From positions 248,001 through 312,000 of the IMG/VR virus record IMGVR_UViG_3300050120_000230: a stretch of 64,000 nt of DNA; one strand, given 5' to 3'. The notes beneath the pieces were generated by a model. That model made no database searches, was not told the origin of the DNA, and was given only the letters and a program-made list of their open reading frames with translations. How positions within the stretch are numbered: position 1 is the stretch's first letter; the number at the start of each line of letters is the position of its first letter. Positions 25,743-34,368 of this stretch are shown here, one piece after another. The translations under genes and the position numbers were made by a program.

Positions 25743-25996
25743 CAGAACCACTTCAGCTTGAAATAAATCGCATCCTTGGTTCGCATCGTAACGGCTGGAT
25801 TTCCGACCATCATCTTTGTGCCAAGTTGACCCACCAGCATGAAAGCCTGTGGCGCCAGTTTCCAATATTTGATGCGTTCAGCCCTACACCATTCGTCCAC
25901 GTCAGAACGCAAGAAAATATCATACACGCGAAACCACGATTTGCTAAGACCTTCTATCACCAATTCTCTGGGCAATTCGAAGCGTTCGCGTTTCAT
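25742..25996 (-). CDS. DAxxFK[LM]xW-family protein (array member 5)
   Basis: MKRERFE...DAIYFKLKWF. Confidence 0.7.
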   Translation of the reverse strand: MKRERFELPRELVIEGLSKSWFRVYDIFLRSDVDEWCRAERIKYWKLAPQAFMLVGQLGTKMMVGNPAVTMRTKDAIYFKLKWF

Positions 25997-26220
25997 AGCC
26001 ATCGCATCTTGAACATCAAAGCATCGTTGTCGTTGGCAAATTCGATCTCGAACGGCAGCGCGTAGTCTTTGCGTTCGGAGGACGATTTCCACGACAGATA
26101 AAAATCCTGCACCAACTCTTCGCGGCACCAAGCATCCATTTCATCCAACAGACGAACCTCAGCCAGAACGCGAGTATCATCTCGGATGAATTGAATGGGA
26201 ACAGGGACGATCATGCCCAT
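25993..26220 (-). CDS. DAxxFK[LM]xW-family protein (array member 4)
   Basis: DALMFKMRWL. Confidence 0.75.
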   Translation of the reverse strand: MGMIVPVPIQFIRDDTRVLAEVRLLDEMDAWCREELVQDFYLSWKSSSERKDYALPFEIEFANDNDALMFKMRWL

Positions 26221-26477
26221 TATCCCTCTTCTCCCCAGAACATTTTGAACAGCACCGCATCGGTGTCTTTTGCGAAACTCGCCTCCGCAGTCACCGGCCG
26301 ATTGATGCTAAATCGCGCGGTGCAATCGTTCGGATCACCCTTGCGATGCACTCGCCATTTTCCCTTTAGATTTTTCGCGACCCAAGACAGCACGTCTTTT
26401 CGGAAACGATATCGGCCGTCGCGGATTTCGGCCACGCCGTATGGGACTGAGATGGTGGCCTTCATCTTCATAGCCAT
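26220..26477 (-). CDS. DAxxFK[LM]xW-family protein (array member 3)
   Basis: DAVLFKMFWG. Confidence 0.75.
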   Translation of the reverse strand: MAMKMKATISVPYGVAEIRDGRYRFRKDVLSWVAKNLKGKWRVHRKGDPNDCTARFSINRPVTAEASFAKDTDAVLFKMFWGEEG

Positions 26478-26788
26478 CGCATCTTGAAGGCCAACGCCGC
26501 CGCGTCCGTTCTGAATCGAAAATAAGGCTGGCGATCATCGTCTAGGAAACAGCGAATGTTTCCTCCGATCATTTCCTTCGCCCATTGTTCGATTTCTGGC
26601 GCGGGCAGCCAAATTGACGGCCGCGACCACCATCCGGCCTGCATTCCGGCCGGTCCCGCCGCCCCCCGCGTGAACCACGCCAGTGGATTATGTTCCAACC
26701 CAGCAGAGGGTTTTATCGGCAGTTCGATCATGATCGAAAAACCGAAATTAGCCCAATCACCGGCGAATTCTTCTTCAGTCATAGCCAT
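26468..26788 (-). CDS. DAxxFK[LM]xW-family protein (array member 2)
   Basis: AALAFKMRWL. Confidence 0.75.
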   Translation of the reverse strand: MAMTEEEFAGDWANFGFSIMIELPIKPSAGLEHNPLAWFTRGAAGPAGMQAGWWSRPSIWLPAPEIEQWAKEMIGGNIRCFLDDDRQPYFRFRTDAAALAFKMRWL

Positions 26789-27054
26789 CGCATCTTGAAC
26801 AGCAGCATGTCGGAATCGGTTTCAAACGAGAACGTGAATTCGTAGAGGCCATCTCGGTCGAATGGGTAGGGTGCGGGAAGTTGAGCACTGGTGATTTCCC
26901 ATCCCGCGTGAAGGTTCTCCTCACACCAGACGCGGACATCGCGGCGGATCACGGTGAAGGCATGGGCCGCCTCACGATCATCGCACCAATCTATGTCCAC
27001 GCCGACTATGCCAAGGTACTCAGGCGGGGCGGCCAAACTGAACTCTGAACCCAT
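26779..27054 (-). CDS. DAxxFK[LM]xW-family protein (array member 1)
   Basis: DMLLFKMRWL. Confidence 0.75.
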   Translation of the reverse strand: MGSEFSLAAPPEYLGIVGVDIDWCDDREAAHAFTVIRRDVRVWCEENLHAGWEITSAQLPAPYPFDRDGLYEFTFSFETDSDMLLFKMRWL

Positions 27055-27100
27055 GATTAAGGGTCTAGCATAGCCCGATTTTTTCGTCTACCAAAGTGGA

Positions 27101-27727
27101 ATGGAATCCTCGGGTGGCCTGACGGCCGAACACATTGCCGGGATGTTTCGGCATTTCGAAGAGCACGGCGACGCCACGATAGGTGGGGTGGCGTTGACGC
27201 TGAGTGATCTGGGGAAATACCACGAGCCCTCGCTCGATCCACTCGATATCGACACCGGGATGTGGGTTGCCCGGCAAGGCTCTCGCAAATGGGAAACTCA
27301 CCGAATGGAGATCGGCGCCGGAGCGTGGCGCTTGGCATTTATCAGTTCTGTCAATCCCATACAAATGCAGATGGGTAAGTCCTATTGGGATGGCAAATCA
27401 TATCGTCGTGTTGAGCATGTCGAGGTGTATGGCGATCTCGAACGGTTCAAACACGATGCCACCTTGATCTTGCTATTTGCATCAGAGTGGATGCCCGATC
27501 CTGATCCTCATCCATGGGACCTATCATCGTTCAAAGGTGGTATTGGTTTTTCTTCGGGACGAAGCCTTGGAAAAAGCAGCATCACCAAATCCACCATGAT
27601 GTCTCTTCAACAAATTGGGCGGTCACAAAGAGCCGTGCAAGCAGCAACCGGTGTGCCTGCGATCTTCGTGGACACTGAGGCCAGTTATGACCGTAAAATG
27701 TTCCTGACGGTCATCAAGAACCGTTGA
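27101..27727 (+). CDS. GD..F..D subfamily protein with RecA-like C-terminal fragment
   Basis: YGDLERFKHDATLILLF, then GRSLGKSS...AIFVDTEASYD. Confidence 0.6.
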   Translation: MESSGGLTAEHIAGMFRHFEEHGDATIGGVALTLSDLGKYHEPSLDPLDIDTGMWVARQGSRKWETHRMEIGAGAWRLAFISSVNPIQMQMGKSYWDGKSYRRVEHVEVYGDLERFKHDATLILLFASEWMPDPDPHPWDLSSFKGGIGFSSGRSLGKSSITKSTMMSLQQIGRSQRAVQAATGVPAIFVDTEASYDRKMFLTVIKNR

Positions 27728-27797
27728 TCCATTATTGTTGACGGAATCTGGATCGGCTGTATTCTCATCTCAACACTGCAACAGCAGGAGATGGCAC

Positions 27798-28121
27798 ATG
27801 ACTCCGCAAGAGATTTACGAAGAAGCCGAACAATCCGCCGCCGACGCGTTTCGTCTCGCGATGATCGAGCACGATCCGATGGGTGGTCTTTGTGGCACGG
27901 CGTGGATCGTGGTCCGCCCGGCGCGGGGTCCGTTCATCAGCTATCTGAAGAGCAAGGGCATCGGTGAAACCGGCGTCTACGGTGGCTGGGAGATCACGGT
28001 GGCCACGCCCCCGGAATATCGTGGCCAGAACAGCGACATCAAGGAAGCCGGTGTCCGTGCCTTCGCCCGTGTGCTGAAGGAAAACGGCCTGAAGGCGGCC
28101 GTCTGCACGAGACTCACCTAA
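27798..28121 (+). CDS. Hypothetical protein
   Basis: SD AGGAG; early promoter TTGACG-N16-TATTCT near 27738. Confidence 0.7.
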   Translation: MTPQEIYEEAEQSAADAFRLAMIEHDPMGGLCGTAWIVVRPARGPFISYLKSKGIGETGVYGGWEITVATPPEYRGQNSDIKEAGVRAFARVLKENGLKAAVCTRLT

Positions 28122-28483
28122 TGAGCCGCGCCAAGGACATCGCCGCCAACCCGGCGAAACAATTGATCTCCGCCAAGATCGAGCACTCGTATCTCGATCT
28201 CGAAGGCAGCCTCGATTCGGCCATCGAGGAACTGCAACGGGAGAAGGCGGAATATGAAGGCAAGGGCTTCACCGGCCTGAACCTGCAAAGCATCCGCGAC
28301 TGTAGCTGCTACGGTCACTGCGATTGCGGCCCGCGCTTGCGGTTGTTCGGCTCGCGTCTGGAAACGAACGACGAGTTCGCCAAGCGCGTCGAACTCGAAG
28401 AGCAACGGGCGGCTGCCATTGAAGCCCGTGACCGCGCCGAGTTCGAACGTCTGTCGAAGCAGTTCGGCAAGCCCGCCATCTAA
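28121..28483 (+). CDS. Hypothetical protein (CSCYGHCDC motif)
   Basis: TAATG overlap. Confidence 0.65.
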   Translation: MSRAKDIAANPAKQLISAKIEHSYLDLEGSLDSAIEELQREKAEYEGKGFTGLNLQSIRDCSCYGHCDCGPRLRLFGSRLETNDEFAKRVELEEQRAAAIEARDRAEFERLSKQFGKPAI

Positions 28484-28486
28484 CCA

Positions 28487-28729
28487 ATGGCGGCCGACTT
28501 TCACATCAAAAAGCACCATGCCGCAGAGATGGAAGAGCGTCGGCGCCAATTCCCGTACTCGTTCAGGATGAGCACGGTTGTTGGCCCGAGGAAGTTCGCG
28601 ACGAAGGCCGAAGTCATGCAGTGCCGCGCGTTCTTTGAAGGCCAGAAAGTTCTCGTCAATAAGAACACCGCGTACTTCGTCAGAGTGGAAGATGCTATTT
28701 TCTTCAAGATGGGGATGTGGCTGACATGA
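28487..28729 (+). CDS. DAxxFK[LM]xW-family protein
   Basis: DAIFFKMGMW. Confidence 0.7.
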   Translation: MAADFHIKKHHAAEMEERRRQFPYSFRMSTVVGPRKFATKAEVMQCRAFFEGQKVLVNKNTAYFVRVEDAIFFKMGMWLT

Positions 28730-29121
28730 TCCGGGTCGGTGGCATTCTGCTCCAAGACGTGCTTGATCTAGGGAGCAAAGTCTTTGTCGATGGTGGGCAC
28801 GATCCTGAACGGAGCGGGGAGCTTGGTCTCACCGTGGGAGACGAGATTTCTGCTCTCACCATTGCGGTCGCTGGTGCGAAGTTCACCCACGATATTGTCG
28901 GTGGTCCGGCTGTTACGCGCTATGTTCTCTATGGGCGTCGGTGGCGGATTTGGGTCGAACTGCACAACGGGCAATTGAGCCCGAGAGACCCTGAAAACAT
29001 AGAACCCACGCTACTCCGAAAAGCGCGTGGGTTCTACAGATTGAGCGATTACGATTTCCAAGGTAATCCTTGGGATTTCGAAAGAGACATGACCATCGGT
29101 CGGATGGCCGGTCTCGTTTAG
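28717..29121 (+). CDS. GD..F..D subfamily protein
   Basis: FQGNPWDFERDMTIGRM. Confidence 0.6.
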   Translation: MADMIRVGGILLQDVLDLGSKVFVDGGHDPERSGELGLTVGDEISALTIAVAGAKFTHDIVGGPAVTRYVLYGRRWRIWVELHNGQLSPRDPENIEPTLLRKARGFYRLSDYDFQGNPWDFERDMTIGRMAGLV

Positions 29122-29396
29122 GTGCGCTTGTTACGCCAGAAGTTGCCCGTGGCGGCGAGGTGATAGCTGGTCTTGCTATCCTTGCTCACGACGGTGAACC
29201 AACCATCTTTGGTAAGTTCGTCCACGGCGGCGGCGAACATCTGGTCATCGGGACCACGACCGGAAGCAGCTAGAACAGCCGTGCCATCCTTCGATGAGTT
29301 GATGAGGTCTGCAACCTGAGTGAGGATCGAGTCCTTATAGTCCTCGAACTTGGTCATCGGCGGCGGGGTAGGAGTAGGGGTGGGGTTATTCGGCAT
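29118..29396 (-). CDS. Hypothetical protein, Pro/Thr-rich N-terminus
   Basis: SD GAGG; downstream of the gp13-like gene. Confidence 0.6.
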   Translation of the reverse strand: MPNNPTPTPTPPPMTKFEDYKDSILTQVADLINSSKDGTAVLAASGRGPDDQMFAAAVDELTKDGWFTVVSKDSKTSYHLAATGNFWRNKRT

Positions 29397-29422
29397 GAAA
29401 AATCCTCAAAATATGTTAAAAA

Positions 29423-30187
29423 TCAACCGATGATGAACCCGTAGCCCTCATTTTGATCGATGAGGTTCTTCAGTTCGTCTTCGAGTTTGTCCATCTCTGC
29501 CTGAGCTTCGTTCTTGAGAGCGTCGCCGTTCAGAGTAATGCCGCCTTGGGGACCAGCCAGAGATGCGAACTTGCTGCGGGCTTGGCCGAGCAGCATCTTC
29601 GAATTGGCGATGGCCATGCTACGCAGCCACGGCTTGGCGTAGACATCGTTCAACAGAACTTCTTCCGGGCGGGCGTTGAAGCAATGCAGGCCCACTTGTT
29701 CCACGGCGCCGAAGCGGCGGTGGAAGGTGATGCGCTTGGACGAAGAGTCCCATGTGAACTGCACGTCGCGGCCGAACATGCGGCCGATCAGCGATTGATA
29801 CTGCATGGCGAAGTCGTAGGTCGCCAGCAGACCCGCACCCGTCGTGCCCAATTGGGCCGGGTTCTGAATCATGTAGATGTTGTTCGTGAACGCGAGACTG
29901 AACGGGTCGATGGTCGAACCACCGGAGCTACCGTTCACGCGGCGATAGACGGAGCGCACTTCCTGCACTTCCGGGGGCAAGGTGTAGATCGCCACATCCG
30001 GCTGTACGTCGAGGAACACGAAACTTTCTTCGATGGCGTTACCCGAACGCTGCCGATAGCGGTCAAGCGTCACGGTGATGGCGTAGTTGTATTCTTTTTC
30101 CTCAAGTTCAACCTCCATCATCGTGCCACCGAGAGCGATCTCGATTTCTTCGATGAGGCGTTGACGAGCAGTTTGTTCGGCGGCCAT
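29423..30187 (-). CDS. Neck protein, T4 gp13-like
   Basis: LG...EVEL...Y...Y; KPWLRSMAIA..K.LLGQARSKF..L.GP.GGITLNG..L..EA..E...LE.EL. Confidence 0.85.
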   Translation of the reverse strand: MAAEQTARQRLIEEIEIALGGTMMEVELEEKEYNYAITVTLDRYRQRSGNAIEESFVFLDVQPDVAIYTLPPEVQEVRSVYRRVNGSSGGSTIDPFSLAFTNNIYMIQNPAQLGTTGAGLLATYDFAMQYQSLIGRMFGRDVQFTWDSSSKRITFHRRFGAVEQVGLHCFNARPEEVLLNDVYAKPWLRSMAIANSKMLLGQARSKFASLAGPQGGITLNGDALKNEAQAEMDKLEDELKNLIDQNEGYGFIIG

Positions 30188-30444
30188 GAGGACATCCTTA
30201 GAGGAGTTGCCCAGTATTTATCCGTGTGGCATACTCGTTCTTTAGGATTTAAGGACGGAGCGAGTAATGGGTTGGCGAGATTTGCCAAAGCTGACCATTT
30301 TGCCCGGCCACCCGGTTCCTCGGGAACCTATTTCAGCCGATACCATCTACATGCGCGGCCAGAAAATGAGCGCAGTCCGCCTCGGACAAGAATGGGAGAA
30401 TCGCAAGCTAAGTCTGGGTGTGCCCCGCCTCAATAAATAGGTGC

Positions 30445-31524
30445 ATGGGTCGTCAAATCTCAATCTGGAACAGTGGTCGTAAGGGTCTCGACTACAAATA
30501 CATTGATCGCATAATTTCTTCGTTCTTTGGAGCTTCCGGCACTGCGGTCTACGTTCACCGCTATTTGGGTGTCTACGATCAGACCGCCAATGGGATCGCG
30601 AACGCGGCCGTCATGGATGGCGGGATCACCAGCATCCAAGACCCGCTGTTCCTTGAGAACCGCGACCGCAAATATGATACGACGATCATCGAACTGCGTG
30701 GCATCTACAACGTGGCCGACGTGGACTTTGACATGCGTCAGTTCGGCTTGTTCCTTCAGAACGATACGATTTTTCTGGAAGTGCACATCAACGACATGGT
30801 CGCCATGTGCGGCCGACGTATCATTCCCGGTGACGTTCTAGAATTGCCGCACCAGCGCGACGACACCATTCCGGGTGATGCCCCGGCTATCAACAAGTTC
30901 TACGTCGTGGAAGACGCCAATCGCGCCTCTGACGGCTATTCGTCCACATGGTTTCCCCATATCTGGCGCCTGAAGTGCACGCCGATGACGGGCGGCCAAG
31001 AGTATGCCGATATTCTGTCTCAGCAGCAGACCGATCCGTTCGGTCTCAACGACGTGGGCACGCTGAACGATCTGCTGACCACTATTGGGATCGAACAGGA
31101 CATCAACAATTCTATCGTCGATGCCGCTATCGCCAACTTCAAGAACCGCAACTTTGAGACCCAGCAATTCTGGATCATGCCGGGCACCGAACTTGATGAT
31201 GAATTGCCGTGGATTTTCGCTGGTGACGGCATCCCGCCGAATGGCGAAGGCAAGCCCCTTCAGTCCGGTATGAGCTTCCCGGTGAGCCCGGCCGTTGGTG
31301 ACTATTTCCTTCGTATGGACTACACCCCGTCTACCCTGTTCCGCAGGGTTGAACACGGCTGGCAAATCCAAGAAGTGAACTACCGTCAGCAGCAATGGAC
31401 GGCAGCCCACCGCTTGCTATATGATTTCATCAACAACGACAAGATTTCGGATTTCAAGGACGGCACGAGTGCCCCCGAGAAACAAGCGTTGTCCACAGCA
31501 GTCAAAGCTCGCGCGGATTTCTAA
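30445..31524 (+). CDS. Head completion/neck protein, T4 gp14-like
   Basis: IQDPLFLENRDRKYD...YNV.D.DFD..QFGLFLQND.IF...GDVLELPH...W.PH.WR.KC.PM...QEY; ATAAATA 5 nt upstream. Confidence 0.8.
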   Translation: MGRQISIWNSGRKGLDYKYIDRIISSFFGASGTAVYVHRYLGVYDQTANGIANAAVMDGGITSIQDPLFLENRDRKYDTTIIELRGIYNVADVDFDMRQFGLFLQNDTIFLEVHINDMVAMCGRRIIPGDVLELPHQRDDTIPGDAPAINKFYVVEDANRASDGYSSTWFPHIWRLKCTPMTGGQEYADILSQQQTDPFGLNDVGTLNDLLTTIGIEQDINNSIVDAAIANFKNRNFETQQFWIMPGTELDDELPWIFAGDGIPPNGEGKPLQSGMSFPVSPAVGDYFLRMDYTPSTLFRRVEHGWQIQEVNYRQQQWTAAHRLLYDFINNDKISDFKDGTSAPEKQALSTAVKARADF

Positions 31525-31525
31525 G

Positions 31526-31723
31526 ATGGATTTTTTCAGAATGGTGTGTGCCGGGGCTTGGGTCTCCGTGCTGCCTCTGGACGTTGAGGCGAATTGGCTG
31601 GGCATTCCAAACTGGTGGAATTCTCCGCACCAAATGATCCTGTCATTGTTGGTCGGTCTCGGCCTAGCGTGGGCCGTCCACGGAGACGAAAAATGGGCAC
31701 TCAGCCGCACCGACCATGACTGA
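31526..31723 (+). CDS. Small two-TM membrane protein
   Basis: Hydrophobic segments; coupled to flanking genes. Confidence 0.5.
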   Translation: MDFFRMVCAGAWVSVLPLDVEANWLGIPNWWNSPHQMILSLLVGLGLAWAVHGDEKWALSRTDHD

Positions 31724-32297
31724 TCTCGTAAGCATCCCCGGCCGAGATATCGTCGCCTTACTGCGCGCAGAGGCGAAACGGAAGCCTGCCATCGCCGAAC
31801 TCATGGATGCCGCATCGGACATGACTGATGCGGAGATCGACGCTCTAAAAGTCCCGCTCCCGTGGTATCGCAAGGCGCTGAAGAAGTGCCGGGATATGCA
31901 GATTTCGTCTGACACGACTGCACGGGTGAGCGCCATCATCGCCAACTCTGTTGTGGAAGTTAAGCTCAACAACGTCGATGGCACCATGCGACGCTATACC
32001 GGCGATACTCAGTTCATCTCCGTGGCGCGGGGCGGGGATGTCGAGATCAAATCCGGCACCCTGATTTGGTTTCCCATGGGTGGTGGCGTCTGGGTAGATA
32101 CGCTGTTTTCCGCAAGCATCGACCCTCGGCTAGGTCTCTCTGAATATGTCGGAGATATTGACCGCCAAGGCTACATCAACGCACGCGCAGCGCAGAGGGC
32201 GGGTAATGCTCCGGCTGACATACAGGGAACGGTTGTTGATGGTGTGGGGCCAGCCGAATCAAGCGTGAAACCGTTGTTCACGATCCATCGCCACTAG
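31716..32297 (+). CDS. Hypothetical protein
   Basis: Co-directional run. Confidence 0.65.
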   Translation: MTDLVSIPGRDIVALLRAEAKRKPAIAELMDAASDMTDAEIDALKVPLPWYRKALKKCRDMQISSDTTARVSAIIANSVVEVKLNNVDGTMRRYTGDTQFISVARGGDVEIKSGTLIWFPMGGGVWVDTLFSASIDPRLGLSEYVGDIDRQGYINARAAQRAGNAPADIQGTVVDGVGPAESSVKPLFTIHRH

Positions 32298-32301
32298 GCG
32301 A

Positions 32302-32937
32302 TCAGAGGAACTCTTTGATGATGTAGTTCCCTGCGAACACAGGGGCCGCACCATACGTGAACGACTGGGATTTGTTCACGAACCAATTTCCCGCCGACAC
32401 TCCAATCCTCGCTGAGTAGGTAACCGCAGCGTTAGTCGCCGGGGAGTCCATAACTTCGATAGCCATGAAGCTCGGAATGTTCTGGGTTGTGGTGAGTGTC
32501 GCGGTGAATTGGTCGATGGTCTGGATTCGAAGACCGATCAACGTCGTATTGCGAAAAATACCGCAAGTGATGTAGGCGCCGGAAGTGCTCACGTCGATCA
32601 GAAAGTTGAGACTGATTTGAACGATGCTTGTTGCAAATGCAGGTGTGTAGGACTGCGTCATGATTTGCGTGCCTGACGCAGAGGTGATCGCCGTGTTCGA
32701 GTTGGTGATGGTCGTCGAGCCGGTCTGAGCAGCAATGCTTCCGAACACTGGCTTGATGTCGGCAGTCATCGGCAACCAAACGCCGTTGATGCACCCTTCG
32801 AAATTATTGATTGTAGTATTGTAGCGGAACGTGCCCGCGTTTGCTGTCGGACGTGTTGAAGTAGGCCCAGAGCCAACCACAATATAGGAATTGGCTATCT
32901 GTGTAATGCTGCCTTCGTTTATTGTACCTTCACGCAT
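32302..32937 (-). CDS. Putative virion/tail-fibre-related protein (Thr/Ser-rich beta domain)
   Basis: Late promoter 4 nt upstream; G.T..RP....G..RYNTT.N.FEG...G.W motif typical of fibre repeats. Confidence 0.6.
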   Translation of the reverse strand: MREGTINEGSITQIANSYIVVGSGPTSTRPTANAGTFRYNTTINNFEGCINGVWLPMTADIKPVFGSIAAQTGSTTITNSNTAITSASGTQIMTQSYTPAFATSIVQISLNFLIDVSTSGAYITCGIFRNTTLIGLRIQTIDQFTATLTTTQNIPSFMAIEVMDSPATNAAVTYSARIGVSAGNWFVNKSQSFTYGAAPVFAGNYIIKEFL

Positions 32938-32941
32938 ACCG

Positions 32942-32961
32942 TATTTAGTTCCTCCTAAATA
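32942..32961. promoter_or_regulatory. Back-to-back late promoters (TATTTAG 32942-32948 minus; CTAAATA 32955-32961 plus)
   Basis: Directly visible between divergent genes. Confidence 0.7.
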
Positions 32962-32988
32962 CCCAAAACTACTTGGGGGAACTCTGGT

Positions 32989-33627
32989 ATGGACGTTCTT
33001 GGTATTCAAAATAGGTTGGTGGCAGCAGGCTTCAGTCCCGGCAAGGTCGATGGAGACATTGGCCCGAACACTTACACCGCGATCATCAATTACGCTGCGA
33101 AGAAAGATTTGGGCGCGCTATCGGTGCTGCTTGGCCGGGCCATGGCATCCGATTTCCCGAAATATGGGATCGTCACGCCTCTACGGATCGCGCACTTCAT
33201 CGCGCAGGCATGTCACGAGACCGGCGGGTTCCACTACCTGAGCGAACTGGGGTCGGGCAAAGACACCAACCACGACGGGTATGACGACTACCTGCAACAC
33301 TACGATTTTCGCAAAGACCTTGGCGATAGCCATGTGGGCGACGGTGACAAATATCGCGGGCGTGGGCTGTTCCAGATCACAGGCATCTTCAACTATACCG
33401 TCTATGGCACACGGATCGGCGTGAACTTGTTGGCCAACCCGGCACAAGCCGCACAGCCCGAGATCGCAACGCTTACCGCGTGCCTCTTCTGGTCAGATCG
33501 CAAGCTGAACAACTATGCTGACGCCGACGACGTGACGACGATCACCAAGAAGATCAACGGCGGCCTGAACGGTCTAGTTGATCGTCAGACCATCACCTAT
33601 CGAATGAAGGTCTTGCTCGGCGCCTAA
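32989..33627 (+). CDS. Endolysin: peptidoglycan-binding domain plus GH19 catalytic domain
   Basis: LQ..L...GF.PG.VDG..GP.T; AHFIAQACHETGGF; YRGRGLFQITG..NY; INGG.NGL..R. Confidence 0.9.
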   Translation: MDVLGIQNRLVAAGFSPGKVDGDIGPNTYTAIINYAAKKDLGALSVLLGRAMASDFPKYGIVTPLRIAHFIAQACHETGGFHYLSELGSGKDTNHDGYDDYLQHYDFRKDLGDSHVGDGDKYRGRGLFQITGIFNYTVYGTRIGVNLLANPAQAAQPEIATLTACLFWSDRKLNNYADADDVTTITKKINGGLNGLVDRQTITYRMKVLLGA

Positions 33628-34262
33628 CCGTTCAGGTGAGACATCATCGTGTCGAGCGGCAACGTCGCCGACACTTTGGTCAAATCGGTCAGCGTTTTTT
33701 GATCGTCCCGGTGAAACTCCGGGTTGTGAACGAACATCTGCTTGGCCTTGGCGTGCGTGAGACCCAGAAGGCGGGCTTCGGCCTCACTGAGCTTCGACAT
33801 GGCGCTCATCCGCAGGAACTCGTTGACCGCCTGATCGTCGTGGAACAGAGACAAGGTCAGGTCTTCGACTTGCATCTTGTAGCTGACGATCCGCAGGGTT
33901 TCCGGGCGGACGCTGTCTTCCCACGGAATGGCGTTGTCGATAACGACGCGCTTCCAGATGTCCAGAAGGTTTTCGGCTTCCTCGACACCAAACACACATG
34001 GCGAGTTGTAGCAGTCGAGGCAATGTTGATTGACACGAACGTAGGTCCATTGGCCGTCGTGACGTTGCACCACAAACGTCAGATAGTCCTTGTCCGGGTT
34101 CGTCGCGACAGTCGCCCCGCCGTAAGAGCCGTGGCCGTTCACCGAGGATGGGGAACATGTCTGGTTCATATTCTGGTGGGCTTGGGCGCGGCTGCCTCTG
34201 GGAACACTGAAATGCTTCGGCCGGACGGCGCGCGCCACTTTCTTTTGGGTTTTCATTCTCAC
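33624..34262 (-). CDS. Hypothetical protein
   Basis: ORF with plausible coding composition. Confidence 0.65.
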   Translation of the reverse strand: MRMKTQKKVARAVRPKHFSVPRGSRAQAHQNMNQTCSPSSVNGHGSYGGATVATNPDKDYLTFVVQRHDGQWTYVRVNQHCLDCYNSPCVFGVEEAENLLDIWKRVVIDNAIPWEDSVRPETLRIVSYKMQVEDLTLSLFHDDQAVNEFLRMSAMSKLSEAEARLLGLTHAKAKQMFVHNPEFHRDDQKTLTDLTKVSATLPLDTMMSHLNG

Positions 34263-34368
34263 AACATCTCTTCGCTATGCATTTGATGTCAATATTTTCG
34301 TGTGGGGACAAAAACAACAACGGTCCCTTCACCGCTAAATAAAGCACATATACTATAGGCGTTGCAAA

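Larger units (their letters stand above)
25993..26799 (-). repeat. Three perfect 21-bp direct repeats TCATAGCCATCGCATCTTGAA (25993, 26468, 26779) at gene junctions
   Basis: Encodes FKMRWL* plus the overlapping next ATG; 15-bp core also at 25226 and 46250 (opposite strand). Confidence 0.9.

Noticed and set aside
25993-26799. CRISPR array interpretation of the 21-bp repeats
   Set aside because: Spacing is 311-475 bp and irregular, the repeats are coding, and there is no cas gene in the window
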